From positions 108,252,001-108,316,000 of the forward strand of contig OZ024742.1 in assembly GCA_964016885.1 (NCBI GenBank): a DNA stretch of 64,000 bases, in the 5' to 3' direction. The notes beneath the pieces are model-generated. The model was not told the origin of the DNA, ran no database searches, and saw only the letters and a list, made by a program, of their open reading frames with translations. The stretch comes from Eledone cirrhosa. Its lineage: Eukaryota. Both the position numbers and the translations under genes were made by a program. Shown here one piece after another: positions 40,598-54,872 of this stretch. Numbering within the stretch: the first letter of the stretch is position 1; each line of letters starts with the position of its first letter.

Positions 40598-42631
40598 ATT
40601 TATCTCTCCATAAAATTTACCTTAAAATCTTCAAATATACGCTGGGTTCTAGCATCAATATCAATTTAATTAGGTCACCAAAAGTATCCACTTCATACAA
40701 ATTGAACTAGCTATTTCAGGTATTTTCTAAATCCTGCATGGCATGTAGAAGGGAGCTACAAAAATATTACTTCGTACGCGGAGTCAAATCATAGGGGTGG
40801 TTATTCTCTGTTTAAGCCACAAAAATGTCTCAGGTGCATAAGAATTATCGTTTATGTGTTTCTGTGTATGGGAAAATTGCTGAATGTTTACACCAATTCA
40901 AAACTCTTAATTTATAAACAGTAGTTATATCTATCTTAACTTTATTTAAATGTTATAATCAACAATTATCCGAGCATAGCCAAAGATCACTGGCAGAAAC
41001 GTTTGAAATATGAAATATGTCCATACCTTTCTACGGTACATGGTTCCATATTGACTATAGATTGTTAGGATACTGTCAACGCTGCACAAAATGCAAACAA
41101 GTCGTAAGTAGCTTTCACTAGAGGATTTTATATAAAATATAAAATAGAGATATTTCTAACTCAGGGAAAAATAAGAAATATTAAATGAAAATCTTATTAT
41201 AAACATACAAATTGTGAATTAAACAATATGTTGCATCTTTCTTTTAAGAAATCAATCAAAATATTGGCCAAGAGCTGTTGGTAACCTTACAAGAAAACCT
41301 CCGGATAAATTGTCAATATGGGAAAGAATAGAACTTAAAAAGGGACATGTAAATGCCATAAAAATTATGTATAACATGCTTAGAGCAAGGTTTGGAAATG
41401 CCAATTTCAAAATTGTAAAAACTAAAATTTGTTTCATATTGCTAAAAAAAAATTAATGATAGAGTAAAAAGGGATAAAATGTTTATGTGGTATAGTATTG
41501 TTAACATAAAACTAGAGAGGAAAGCTGTTGGTTTGGATTTTATGAATCTTTAAAACAAGATGCCTGGAGCGAAATCTTTCAAAAGCTGAAATACACTTCA
41601 AAAGATGAGTAACATGCTGAAATAAAGATATTTATTATCTAGGAAGGAAATATAGACAAACGAAAACATCTATGAATAAACATAAATTGTTACCGAATAA
41701 AGATATATTCTGTATTCTGGGGTGTTTAATAATACTAACCAATACGCAAAGCAACCGAAGAGATAAAACATAAGGTAAAGAAGTTGTTATCAACATTATG
41801 CCATATGCATTAGAAGCGGCCCATAATTCCTGATGAAGTCGTAGAGACCCTGTCGTGACATGTGGCCTGTCTTAGGCACTGACACTTGTTTGCAAATATA
41901 TATAACTGAGTGTGAAATTTTGAATGAGAAAGTTATATAACATTATAATGTTAGTGATCGTGTTTTCCGCGCACAATAGTTGTACTTCCAATACTTATGA
42001 TCTCATCGTTGATTTATACGAAATTATTTCGCCTACTAGCAAACTCAGTATAGAAAATATAAAGAACATTTTAAAACATATTTCCATTAGTTTTTGCCAA
42101 ATATGTTACCTTGTCTTTTACTTTCAGTTGGAAATCGAAAACCGGAAAAAAAAAAATCTAGATTCCGTTTGATGTCAAATACTGAAACTACTGCGCACAT
42201 CAGGACACTTCGATGTCTGTCATGATTGTGTGATTATTTTTGTTCTTTTCCTACCACAAAGATCTATATAAAAACAAATCCCACGATAGAACACAGTAAA
42301 TGTGTTCTACTTTATCATGGTCATATACAAGATTGCTTATCGTACAGACGATGTGGCGCCTTCTTTGTCGAACGACCCGTTGCTAATTTTTCTAAACTGT
42401 GTTATTTCAAATTGATATTCTGTTTTCAGTAAACCAGATAATTATAAACCTAAGGTCATTTAAACCCCTGGTGTGTGACTGCAAATAGTTATTTCGTTAC
42501 TTTACATACTCAATTAAAGGAGAGTCAAAATAACACCACTTTCGGAAGTTAATTTGAGTTGAAACACTACTACACTACTTTCGCCAATCAATCATCAATC
42601 AAACTCACACAGTCCCACATTATAGTCATAA

Positions 42632-42815
42632 TAATTGTTTCTACTTTTGGCACAGGGCCATAAATTACCCCAGTGCATTACTGGTACTTTATTTTATCTA
42701 CCCCGCAAGGATGAAAGGCAAAGTTAACCTCGGCGGGATTTGAACTCAGAACGTAAAGGGCCATAACTCTATGCCACAAAGCATGGCGTCCGACCCTCTA
42801 CTGATATTGCCAATC
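42632..42815 (-). mobile_element. tRNA-derived SINE, family M
   Basis: Same consensus as other copies. Confidence 0.85.
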
Positions 42816-43372
42816 CACCGCCTTAAGTTATTATAGTCATAATAATGAAGATGTATATTGTATTTCTAAACTCTTTATTACAATCTCAATGTTTTTGGCA
42901 TTTTTGACTGTCCTTGAACCGTTCCCGTAGCATGTTTGATTTGGCTGGTAACTAATTGCTAGCCCTTGCCTCACACCTTCTTGAAGAAAGGATAGAGGTG
43001 TAGTGAGTGAAATTCTCCGACCATTCTTACGGTACGATGCAGCCAATTCTTACCGCGCACACGCTTGAGAGAGAGAGATATGGAAAACGATCCCAGTATT
43101 TGATTGGTACTTTATTTATCTACCCTTGAAGGATGAAAGGCAGAGTTAACACGGCTAGATTTGAACTCATATCGCGGACATCCTGAACAAATATCGCAAG
43201 GAATTCAACCCGACACACAAAATATTATATATATTGAAATATATATGAGATGGTCACGTCTGGAACATGATGACGTTCATAACAGAGGCTCTACACCGTT
43301 GCTCGACTTGCTAGATATAGCAATTGTATACAATCACAAACATACATATGTGTGTGAATGTGTGTATATAAC

Positions 43373-43460
<88 letters not shown>

Positions 43461-43543
43461 GGAGGTGAGTTTTATTGTAGCACAATAAAGCAATGCAAAT
43501 ATCGGATAAGTAGCACTCTACAGTTTGTAGGACTGGAGTATAA

Positions 43544-43877
43544 ATAATATAAGATCAAAAGATGGTTAAAAGAGTTCCAAGTATTTTATTATGCGCATTT
43601 CAAAAACAAATACCATCATGGGATGATATCTGCGGTTTTCATCAGATAAAATAAGGAGACATGATATGAAGCTTAAAAAACACTTGTGAGCAGTGAAGTT
43701 TTAAAACAACATATTATATGTTGTTTTAAAACTTCACTGCTCACAAGTATTTTTTAAGCTTCATATCATGTCTCCTTATTTTATCTGATGAGAACGCAGA
43801 TATCATCCCATGATGGTATTTGTTTTTGAAATGCGCATAATAAAATACTTGGAACTCTTTTAACCATCTTTTGATCT

Positions 43878-43885
<8 letters not shown>
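43544..43885. ncRNA. ~340-bp palindrome with two hammerheads (43582-43653 minus, 43777-43847 plus)
   Basis: tattttat-CTGATGA-stem II-GAAA-TGCGCA-TA-ataaaata on both arms. Confidence 0.9.
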
Positions 43886-43944
<59 letters not shown>

Positions 43945-43989
43945 AAATAACAGTAGGCTGGACTGGTGTAATTCCTTAAAAGGTTTATT

Positions 43990-44047
43990 ATACTATGATC
44001 ATTTCAATGACCGGGTTCAGTATGAATCCGGTGACATCATCAGGTAT
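43990..44047 (-). ncRNA. Type I hammerhead (family C)
   Basis: atac-CTGATGA-tgtcaccgg...ccggtcatt-GAAA-TGATCA-TA-gtat; in rearranged module 43950-44258. Confidence 0.85.
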
Positions 44048-45167
44048 TCGAAATATAACAAAGGAATATAATAGACAAAATCCATGGTGCTGAAAATCAG
44101 AGACATATTTTATAATAATTAACTCTGTACTCGCACCACCAACAACACAAACGAAGACGGGTGAGTTGCATTACGTTGAGTGCTCTCTACAATATTACAT
44201 CGAGGTTGACCATACGGAATGACCAGTTCTATTCAGTGGTGAACCAACAAACCTAAATATATATATATATATAAGAAAATAAGATGCTGAGGTTACATAT
44301 ATCGTTTAATCATAATAATTATTTCCACGGTTCTCCATGCAATCGAGATGTCCTTTATGCATTTGCTGTTGATTATGAGAACGGTTTCCTCAGATGAAAA
44401 TCGATATATTTGATATGTCGCTGGCAGAAAAACACACATCCATGTATGCGCCCAGCATACATATGAGTTCCTTGAAGGGTTTGCCAGGAGGCGCGTTTGT
44501 TAGAAAAAAGTATCAACGAAAACAGACGAAAAGTACGAAGAACTGTGTGTAGCCAAAACCAAGTAGACAGTTGAAGCAACAAAAAGAGCTCTGAGAGGGG
44601 TGGGGTATATTGTTGACAACCACCTATAGTCAACAACAACAACAACGACAACAACAAAAATGACAATAATATAAAACCGCCGACCAAAGTTGTCCACACT
44701 GGTCGCAATAGTCGTGTTGATACCACCGCCATATTGACAACAACAACTAAAGCAACAGCTATAGTAAAAACACTTACAACGACAACAACAACAAAACTAC
44801 AGACCAGCGTCGTGTATACAGGTCGTAGTCATTGCAGTGACGGTACCACCTTGTTGACCGTAAACAGCGATAACGCCAAAGCAATAAAAAGGAGTTTAGA
44901 GGTAGGTGGGTACACAGAGTTGGTGGTATCAATCACCATGACCATAAACAGTAACAGCAACAATGTGTGTGTACATATATATATATATATAACGAAGGAA
45001 ATGTGGTAAGGAAACAGATGGACCATAACGCACCAAAGTATTCAATACTTAGGGTAGTAGAGTGGGTAATAGGAACGAGTAGGACCCCGACGGCTGAGCT
45101 CAAGCCGTTTCGACGGCTAATTCTGGACTATATATATATATATGTACACACACCCACACACACATAA

Positions 45168-45199
<32 letters not shown>

Positions 45200-45238
45200 G
45201 ATATTAACAAATGGAAACTATATTTATAAAACCATATT

Positions 45239-45303
45239 TATTTCATTATACATATTTCAAGGACACCAAGTTAAATTATGGTGTGCTTTCATCAGATAAA
45301 ATA
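45239..45303 (-). ncRNA. Type I hammerhead ribozyme
   Basis: tattttat-CTGATGA-aag c acacca...tggtgt c ctt-GAAA-tatgta-TA-atgaaata. Confidence 0.85.
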
Positions 45304-45628
45304 TAATATAGATCAGTTTTATAAATAAATATTGACATACCCTTAAAAAATACAACCATTACTGTTGGAAGCTCCCGGATAGTGGAGTTGAAGCTTAATT
45401 ATATTATTATTAGTATTGGATATTTTTATTTTTAAAATAAGCCGTTGGGTTACGGAGAAAGATAAAGATAAAGAAGGAGAGAGAGAAAAAAGAGAGAGAG
45501 AGAGAAAAGAGAGAGAGACCAAAACAACAGAGAGAGAAAGATATATATAGAGAGAGAGGAGACAGAGAGAAGGGGAGAGAATGAAAAACTCTAAGTCATA
45601 TCTTGTTGAGTTAACTAAATAGAACTTT

Positions 45629-45684
<56 letters not shown>

Positions 45685-46389
45685 GTGTGTGTGTGTGTGT
45701 GTGTGTGTGTGTACAAATATATATTCCCGGATGCATTAGGCCCGAAACAAACCAAACAGGATGGCCATAGATGTAACGCCTTTAATCGCACTTCAGCTTA
45801 ATTTCATGGATGATCTGAGAAACGTAGCAACAGCTGCAATAACAAAAACAAACAAACAAAACAAACAGCATCAACAACAACTGCAACAATAACATAAACT
45901 AACCCAGTGAGAACTATCAAATATGTATAAATATATTATTAGAGAGACGGTACAATACATGTGTGTAAGTGTCTGCGTGTGTCTGTATATATATTTATAT
46001 ATATATATCTGTGTGTGTATGTATTTTTGTATGTATGTTTTTGCTTCAGAAATAATCACTCAAACGAATTTATCGGGCGTTAACAGTAAGAAAAAAATTG
46101 AGGTAATCTGTAATCTGTATAGTCGAATAGATACGTGAAACTGATGTAAAAACACTGGCTACAAAACAAAATGAACTAGAGGAAGTTTAATGTGCTTTTA
46201 TCTTCAGCATAGTTCGTGTTTTTTTTATTTCACGTTTATTTCCGGTTTGTGACCAACTGAAGTACATTCTGCAAATTACATTACGCTCGCCTCCCATCCG
46301 ATGAAAATACAAATTTCCGCTAATGCACTCTGACATAAAGTATATACAAATATGCCCACACGCACACACAAACACACACGCATGCACAC

Positions 46390-46480
<91 letters not shown>

Positions 46481-46617
46481 TGTAATATACGTGTCTCTCT
46501 CTCTCTCTCTCTGTATATATATATATATATATACGTTATTCCGGGTTGAGTCGGAGGTAACCACAGTAAGTAAGGTATTCAATACATAGCAGAGTATAAA
46601 AGTTTTAATATAGATGA

Positions 46618-46709
46618 GATTCTACAGGACTAGAACTGTTTCATTCTTTAGAAATCATCAGATTTCTGATGATTTCTAAAGAATGAAAGAGTTCTAGTCC
46701 TGTAGAATC
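46618..46709. ncRNA. Back-to-back hammerhead pair in a palindrome
   Basis: Centre tcatcag-attt-ctgatga; arms CTGATGA-t ttc taaa gaa t-GAAA-(c/g)ag ttctagtc ctg-TA-gaatc. Confidence 0.8.
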
Positions 46710-46734
46710 TCATCTATATTAAAACTATATATAT

Positions 46735-46766
<32 letters not shown>

Positions 46767-46864
46767 GTATATATAAATATGCAAGAGCACGTATGGATCT
46801 TTACGTGTATATATGTATATGTATATATGTGCGTATATGTATATATATGTATATATATATGTAT

Positions 46865-47360
46865 ATATAAGTATGTATGCGTACATACATATATGTATAA
46901 AGACGTACAGTAGTATGTATATATATATATATATATACATACATGCACACATATATATATGTACGTATGGATTCACCGAACATTTATAAAAAATGCTCGG
47001 TGTGTTTGTAAACAAACATCCCGAATTAAGCCGTACAGTGTCTAGCAACCATCGTTGCTCATTTGTTCAACACTGACAAAGGAACGCTGTACTAGTTTCA
47101 AGCTTATTAGCTATCGTCTGCAACGTATACCTTCCTGCCAGATGGTTGAACGTCTGAAAGTATATACTTTCCTTATGCATATCAACGGCTGAGCAGCCTA
47201 ATTTGCATATGGAGTGAGTTAATCGGCCGGGGTACCGAACACGATAAACGGAAAAAATGAAAGGAAATTTCATTTCTCACTCTTAGTACGGCTGTTACTT
47301 AAATATAAGTATGTATACGTACATACATATATGTATACAGACGTACAGTAGTATGTATAT
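46865..47360 (-). mobile_element. Retrozyme-like ~440-nt unit, about 1.1 copies; hammerhead 47085-47125 (CAGACGA)
   Basis: Terminal redundancy 46869/47307; inverted relative of 48145-48655. Confidence 0.75.
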
Positions 47361-47379
47361 ATATATATATATGAAAGAC

Positions 47380-47584
47380 GATCGACTTTCGTCAAATCGG
47401 ACCGAGGGAACAATGTTTCCGTTGGTCTTTCCAATTGCTAATACTATCTATCGGTCGCAACTCCAGGTAGAAGGAGCAACGTGAAATAAAGTGTCTTGCT
47501 CAAGGACATTACGCATCGCCTGGTCCAGGAATCGAACTCACAACCTTACGATTGCGAATCCAATTCTCTAACCACTCAGCCACA

Positions 47585-47586
<2 letters not shown>
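47380..47586 (-). mobile_element. tRNA-derived SINE, family C
   Basis: Reverse complement: A-box tggctgagtgg, B-box gttcgattc, tgtccttgagcaagacacttt. Confidence 0.8.
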
Positions 47587-48050
<464 letters not shown>

Positions 48051-48144
48051 GTATGGATTCACCGAACATTTATTACAATGCTCGGTGTGTTTGTAAATAA
48101 ACATCCCGAATTAAGCCGCACAGTGTCTAGCAACCATCTGGCCA

Positions 48145-48507
48145 TATTTAAGTAACAGCCGTACTAAGAGTGAGAAATGAATTTTCGTTTCATTTTTTCC
48201 GTTTATCGTTTTCGCTACCCCGGCCGATTAACTCACTCCATATGCAAATTAGGCTGCTCAGCCGTTGATATGCATAAGGAAAGTATATACTTTCAGACGT
48301 TCAACCATCTGGCAGGAAGGTATACGTTGCTGACGATAACTAATAAGCTTGAAACTAGTACAGCGTTCCTTTGTCAGTGTTGAACAAATGAGCAACGATG
48401 GTTGCTAGACACTGTACGGCTTAATTCGGGATGTCTGTTTATAAACACACTGAGCATTGTAATAAATGTTCGGTGAATCCATACGTACATATATATATGT
48501 GTGCATG

Positions 48508-48550
<43 letters not shown>

Positions 48551-48655
48551 TACCGTACGTCTGTATACATATATGTATGTACGTATACATACTTATATTT
48601 AAGTAACAGCCGTACTAAGAGTGAGAAATGAAATTTCCTTTCATTTTTTCCGTTT
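48145..48655 (+). mobile_element. Retrozyme-like ~450-nt unit, about 1.1 copies; hammerhead 48325-48365
   Basis: Terminal redundancy 48150/48601; cgttg-CTGACGA-taac taataa gctt-GAAA-CTAG-TA-cagcg. Confidence 0.8.
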
Positions 48656-48949
48656 ATATGTATATATATATATGTATATATATGTATATGTATATATATG
48701 TATATATATATGTGTGTGTGTGTGTGCGTGTGTGTGTGTGTGAAACATATGTAATATGTTATTAAATATATTATGATGCAATAATGAGTCTTTGTTCCTT
48801 TACTCTAATACTATTGATACTCTGCTCTGCAAGAGCATCGAGAGCTCACCCAGGATACCGCCAACGGACGCAATTATCTTTCACCTCTACATATAGATAT
48901 ATATACAATTATATTAAATAAATGGAAACTATATTTATAAAACCATATT

Positions 48950-49011
48950 TATTCTATTATATATATTTCAAGGGTACCAAAAATTTTGGTACGCTATCAT
49001 CAGATAAAATA
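48950..49011 (-). ncRNA. Type I hammerhead ribozyme
   Basis: tattttat-CTGATGA-tag c gtaccaaaa..tttggtac c ctt-GAAA-tatata-TA-atagaata. Confidence 0.85.
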
Positions 49012-49083
49012 CGAAGTGCGTTTTATAAATTTTGACATAACCAAAGAGAATATACCTTAACGGTTCAAGTTATCCTTGGATAG

Positions 49084-49146
<63 letters not shown>

Positions 49147-49208
49147 TGCGCACATAGATATGTTGGTACATGGTAGTGTATGCATGTGATTATGTTTGTA
49201 AGTTTAAT

Positions 49209-49380
49209 AATTGTTTCTACTATTGGCACAAGGCCAGCAATTATCCAGTACATTACTGGTACATTATTTTATCGACCCCGTAAGGATGAACGGCAAAGTT
49301 AACCTCGGCGAGATTTGAACACAGAATGGCAAGGGCCGTAACTCTATGCGTCAAAGCATGGTGTCCGACCCTCTACCGAT
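49209..49380 (-). mobile_element. tRNA-derived SINE, family M
   Basis: Same consensus as other copies. Confidence 0.85.
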
Positions 49381-49629
49381 ATGTGTTTAATAATACGTAT
49401 GAAACGAACCTCTGATTTAGTCTATATTGCATAGTTGTATATGTATGTGTGCATGCATGTATGTACATATGTATATTATTGTTCGTCCTACGGAGCCGAA
49501 GACGAGCAAGACTTCAAAGTTGGACGGAGTGCCGTTGGCTGTGGGTCCGGAGGTGACTGGTGAGGTCAATCTATTCTCTAAGTCTGGGACTTTGCCCTAC
49601 CACTCTATGTGAAGAAGTCTGTGGAGGTA

Positions 49630-50760
49630 GCTCAAGTGAAAAGCAACCGCCTCCAATTGATCTGGCTGGATCCCCAAGTGAGACCAGCCGAGTTCATGGA
49701 TGATATCCAACCATCTTGCTCCGGGTCTCCCCTTGGGTCTTCTACCGGTTGTTTTTGTCCGCAAGATCTGTCCAGGGATTCTTCCCTGGGACATTTTAAA
49801 CATATATCCGTAATGTTGGAGTTGCGATTTCTCAATTCCGAGAAATAGCGGCTCTATCTGAAGCGACAATCTGATCCTCATAATATTGAGTAACGTTACT
49901 CCAAAGACCTTTCGGAGGAACCCCATTTCGATTACTCGTCTTCGCAGCACAGATTCTCATTCCAGTCGTGCAGCACTCGGTATCAAATTATCAATTGCAT
50001 GTCGGAGATCACCTTCTAACGAGTTAACTAATACTATGCCTCTGTAAATCCCAGCCGAATTGATCCTACACCCGCTGGTCGTGATACCAATCCTGTCCAT
50101 GTAGACCATGAAAAGGTGACCGTACGCACTTGTGACGGAGACCGACACATACACTAAATGGTTTCGATTTAGCACCATTTATCCAAAAACAAATACTAGG
50201 ACATTTATTTAGAGACATCAGGGCAACAAGAAGCTGTCCATCGATCTCATACTCATGCAGAACCTTCCACAGCAGGTCCTGTAAAATGCGGCCATATGTC
50301 TTGTAGAGCTCTAAGAAACAAAATACTCCTCCTGGCAAAACTGCCACGATTTCTCAAAGATCTACAGCAGTGTGAATATTAGTCGATTGTGCCTGTCCGT
50401 AGCGAAAACCACACTGATCATCAGCCTGCTTGGGTAACCTCCTTACATCTTTTTGCCAATCACTTAGCATAGACCTTATCAGTGGGAATTAGCAAGGAGA
50501 CCCCTTTGTAATTGGAGAGCAACCACTTTTGTCTCCCTTTTTGAAAATTGGGATTATCACTATTGAGTGCTATTGCTAAGGGGCCTTTCCAGAGATTCAG
50601 GTCACTCGGCACACACGAGTTAGCCGGAGAATAACGTCTCTATTTAAGGCTTTTAACATCTCGGGCCAAATTGCATCCCCTACAGCGGCCTTGCCACATT
50701 TGAGCCCCAAAATAGCTCTCTTGTGACCTCAGCCTCTGAGAGGGTAGTCATCACTCCCAG
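49630..50760 (-). mobile_element. RTE-clade LINE RT fragment
   Basis: LELYKTYGRILQDLLWKVLHEYEIDG, EMGFLRKVFGVTLL, RPKGRPGARWLDII; same family as 1-1380. Confidence 0.85.
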
Positions 50761-51476
50761 ATGCACATCGTGTACATTAGAAAATGTACACGATGTGCAT
50801 CTGGGAGTAATGAGTCCTCATCAATGATCAGTAGATATCCCATCCCCTTGTTTTTTTCTTACCACATTGATATCAAGTGGGCAGCTGAATCCTACAACAG
50901 AACATTTGTTTAATATGTGATCCCAAACAGTGATATTAAGCTGGTTGAGTTTTAATTTGGCGGTGATTTTTATTTGTGGGTTCCTTCAGTATTTCTTTGA
51001 TTCTTCTGTCTCAGCATTTTTTTTTTTTTTGCGTCTTCCGCCATACATTCCATATTTTTCTGGTTACCACATTATACCTCGTGGGAAGGTAGTAATAAGA
51101 AGACATTCACAGTTGACAATAATATGGCTAAAATGTTCAGTCTTTGTCTTGTACAGCCTACATTTATTGTTAACTGATCACTTTACTTTTTTGTGCCATC
51201 GGTACTTGATTGGGATTTTTTGTTCCTGGCTTACATGGAGCTATCCTTCAAGGAGGGATGTTATGAAACTGTCAGAAATCCACGTTAGGCTTTTAGCATG
51301 GTTTATCTCATGTATGATTTATATTTTTCGTTTCAAACACCCATGTACAACGTTCTCGGTGAATTGGTCCATTTGTTATTTTGTTCGAGCTTTAAGTACA
51401 TTTTTCTAATATTTCTGGGAGAGAGATTTGTGACAGCTTTTATTTCCTGTAAAAAATCTCCTCTAGACTAGTGGCT

Positions 51477-51645
51477 ATTGGCAGTATCGGTAGAGGGTCG
51501 GACGCCATGCTTTCCAGCATAGTTACGTCCCTTTAGGATCTGAGTTCAAATCCCGCCGAGGTTGACTTTGCCTTTCATCCTTACGTGGTCGATAAAATAA
51601 AGTACCAGTAATGCACTGGCCTTGTGCCAAAAGTAGAAACAATTA
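51477..51645 (+). mobile_element. tRNA-derived SINE, family M
   Basis: Same consensus with a small internal deletion. Confidence 0.85.
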
Positions 51646-51721
51646 TTATTTTCATGTTAATAAAACTGGGTGAGATGGCTGCTGACTTTTTCTTCTGTTG
51701 AGCTTGTTGCTTCAGTGTTTA

Positions 51722-51762
<41 letters not shown>

Positions 51763-53984
51763 TGCATACAAATATGTTTGATCAGTTGCCAAATTTATTT
51801 TAAATCTATATGACAGCAGCCAAGTGTTAACAAAATCCTTTGAAACATTGAATGCGTTTTCTCTTGTTTCAAATTTTGGATACAGCAAGGCCGAGTCGTT
51901 ACTGAGTTCGCTTCGCAATCATTAGGTCCCGGTTTCTGAATATATGTATATAGAATGTGTTTCTGTGGGAGTATTTAGGTGAAGCTGATAATCCAATATA
52001 GATGTACGCTTGTCTGTATGTTTATGTATGTATGCGATGAAATACGTGATTATGAGAGAAAATTATAAATGCCGGTGAGCGACAGTAATCTCGTGTATAA
52101 CAGTAGCCAGCATTTTAAATCATTCGTGACACCACGGACAGTTATCATCCGAAAGAGTAATGTGTGTAATCAATGCTAACTCATTTATACTACTATTTAA
52201 TTATAGATTCTAACTCTGCATTGCTATTTATTCTTTACTCTTACTCTTATCTCCCGTTGAAGCTGTAGGTTCAACGAGATTTTATCAATTTCGTAACCAT
52301 CTTTATATTGTAATTAAAATGAAACGCCTACTACTACATTTTAGAATAATTAACACGGCATTCTTTCGCAGAATAGCTGAAGTGATATCCTATCAACTGA
52401 ACTCTTTGTAAAAGGTTAGTTCTTGATTAAATTTGGCTGCCAATTTCAGCTTTCTTCTTCATATCTTCTCAGATGTTAATAATAAAATTGAAATTACCTG
52501 TTGCTCTACCAACGATATTTTAATGACTGTTGGCAAAAGATAAAATGTACTTTTACTTACCACGTTATAATAAATATAAATGACTTGAGATTTTCTCTAA
52601 TCATTGAAATGTTTGAATGATGCATCTCGGTTCTAAGTTAAAAATATTAACTGCTAGCGAAGTGTTATTAAAATGAACGAAGATTGTACATTCTTCTAAT
52701 CTGGCTGACCTCCCAGAATGGGCAGCGAATTGGCAAAGTTACTAGAACGTCAGATAGAATACTTCGGTAATTATTTCAGTTCACTGTGTTCTGTGTTTAA
52801 ATCTCACCGAGGTGCATTTCATCATTACGAGGTCGATATATAAATTACTAGTTCAGTACTAGAATCCACTTTCTCTCTCTCGCTCTCTTTCTCTTTCTCT
52901 AAACGAAATTGACCACAGAGGGATGGGGTCCATCATGTTTACATTTCAAGCCACGCAGTAATGCACTACAGTGTCCACGACCCAACATGAATTAGAGTGT
53001 CACGATATGCTATTATAACAATTGATAAAAATATTGCTTCAAAACCTAAATGAATTTTATTGTCTTTGATCAAGAAAATCTAGAATGATTACCTTGTAAA
53101 AACATTTATCATCATCTCAAACAGTAAACAATTTTGAATATACTGTCCTCTAGCTGGTATTGTTTAGCCCCTGGTTAACACTGGTTAAGCTATTGGTGAT
53201 TATATTTATAATTTAAGACAGTGCTTGTAATTTTCAAATCATTCTGAACATGATCAGTAATTAGTTATATAGCTTTCTCATTATTAAGCCGCCATTTTGA
53301 ACATAACAAATGATCTTACATCAAATTATGAAAGAAGGCTTTTAGATAAATATTAACATATTAAAATAAACAGTTTGTATCGTAGACTCAGAGTCGGTTT
53401 CAGGCATTCTGATATCAAAAGAGTTATGCAAATCTATGGTCAAGCTCATACTATTGTAGGTCATCCATGACCAAGTTGAAATTAATCATTGACTGATATT
53501 ATATGTAATCCTGTCGTCAAACTATGATGATCTCTGTCCGCAGGTGTCCGTGACATAGGAATGACGAGACAGGTTTCTATTTAGAATTTTGCCCAAGTAT
53601 AAACGACGCTTTCTATGCAGAAAGTCTGCGGCTGTTGGACATACTTCTCTTACAATATATTTCTCACAGATTGCTCTATTTCTTTCCCCCAAACTTACTC
53701 TGACGCCGTAAAGAGAGGTTTATCTTTCACTCTTATCTATTTGTATCCTTTCTCTCTTTTTTCTTTTACTCCATACCTCACTTTATCCACATATCTACTT
53801 CCGATGTTGCGATAGCAACGACTTATATTTTGATATCCGACATTATACACTTTTCAATATCAAACTTGTACCATTATGTAAATGAGTTATGTCAGCTACA
53901 AGTCTTGTAAAAACAGAGAGAGGCATACACACATACATTTATACACACATACATACATACACACTACACAATAGATGCTTGGAA

Positions 53985-54359
53985 TTAAGTATAGTGTACC
54001 TGTGTACTATCAAATCGGGCAACTTAGCATGGCACTACATAGGTTCTACGGCTAGGGAATTAAAAAAAAGATGGTATGTACATAGACATTCTATGAAAAA
54101 CCGTAGACTAGAGAACTCAACGATGCTGGCCAATAAAATCTGGCAGCTTAAGGACACCAACCAGGAATATGGGATTAGCTGGTCGAAATTATCGAGAGCA
54201 AGGGCCTGCAATAATGGAATGTCCCACTCCGGACTCTGCAATGTGGAGCTTCTCCTTATTTTAAAGCATGATAAAATGCTGCTTAACAACAAAATAGTAC
54301 GATCAATTTTCTGTAGGCAAAAAGCAGCTACCAAGTTCTCTAACTTCAAACCGGCATGA
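53985..54359 (+). pseudogene. PLE GIY-YIG endonuclease remnant (open frame)
   Basis: IVYLCTI...YIGSTARELKKRWYVHRHSM...TMLANKIWQLK...GLCNVE...LLN...FCRQ. Confidence 0.8.
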
Positions 54360-54599
54360 TTCGATCCAGCAATCTCAGAATTCAAGCAGAACCATCCGGG
54401 TTTTAATGTACCAGCTCCACACCATCCCACTGTTATTAGTTGTCAACTGACCAACTGGTCATTAAATCAACATCATAAATCTCCCAACCTTTCTTTCACT
54501 CTCTCTCTCTATAGCCACATCACCTCCATTAAGATAAAACAATCAGTCTGCTAGACATTAACCACCCGTATATCATCACTGCTCCGTTCACTTTTTATT

Positions 54600-54606
54600 C
54601 TCTATC

Positions 54607-54637
<31 letters not shown>

Positions 54638-54653
54638 CTATCTATCTCTCTAT
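54600..54653. repeat. (TCTA)n microsatellite
   Basis: About 11 units directly upstream of the Tx1-like element. Confidence 0.9.
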
Positions 54654-54872
54654 CAGACGTGTGTCACTTCGCGGAGAAGTTTCCGTTAATTTATGTAAGA
54701 AAAAAACGTGAGTTTTTAGTTAAATTTTATATCATTGTGTAACTTGACCACCCGTCTGGACCTTCAGGTGGTGGGTCAACTCATTTTCGCCCCCTACAGG
54801 GGCGGAATATCCATCTAAAAAAATGTTCTCCATCGAATCTTGGAAAAAATATTGTAAAATTTTGATTACGTT

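Noticed and set aside
40475-40710. Poly-Arg / poly-Lys ORFs
   Set aside because: Translations of the (AAG)n LINE tail.
41828-41870. CTGATGA followed by a small hairpin
   Set aside because: No GAAA, stem III or stem I partner.
53531-53580. Acceptor-like tctctgtccgcag and possible micro-exon
   Set aside because: Weak donor and no coding support.
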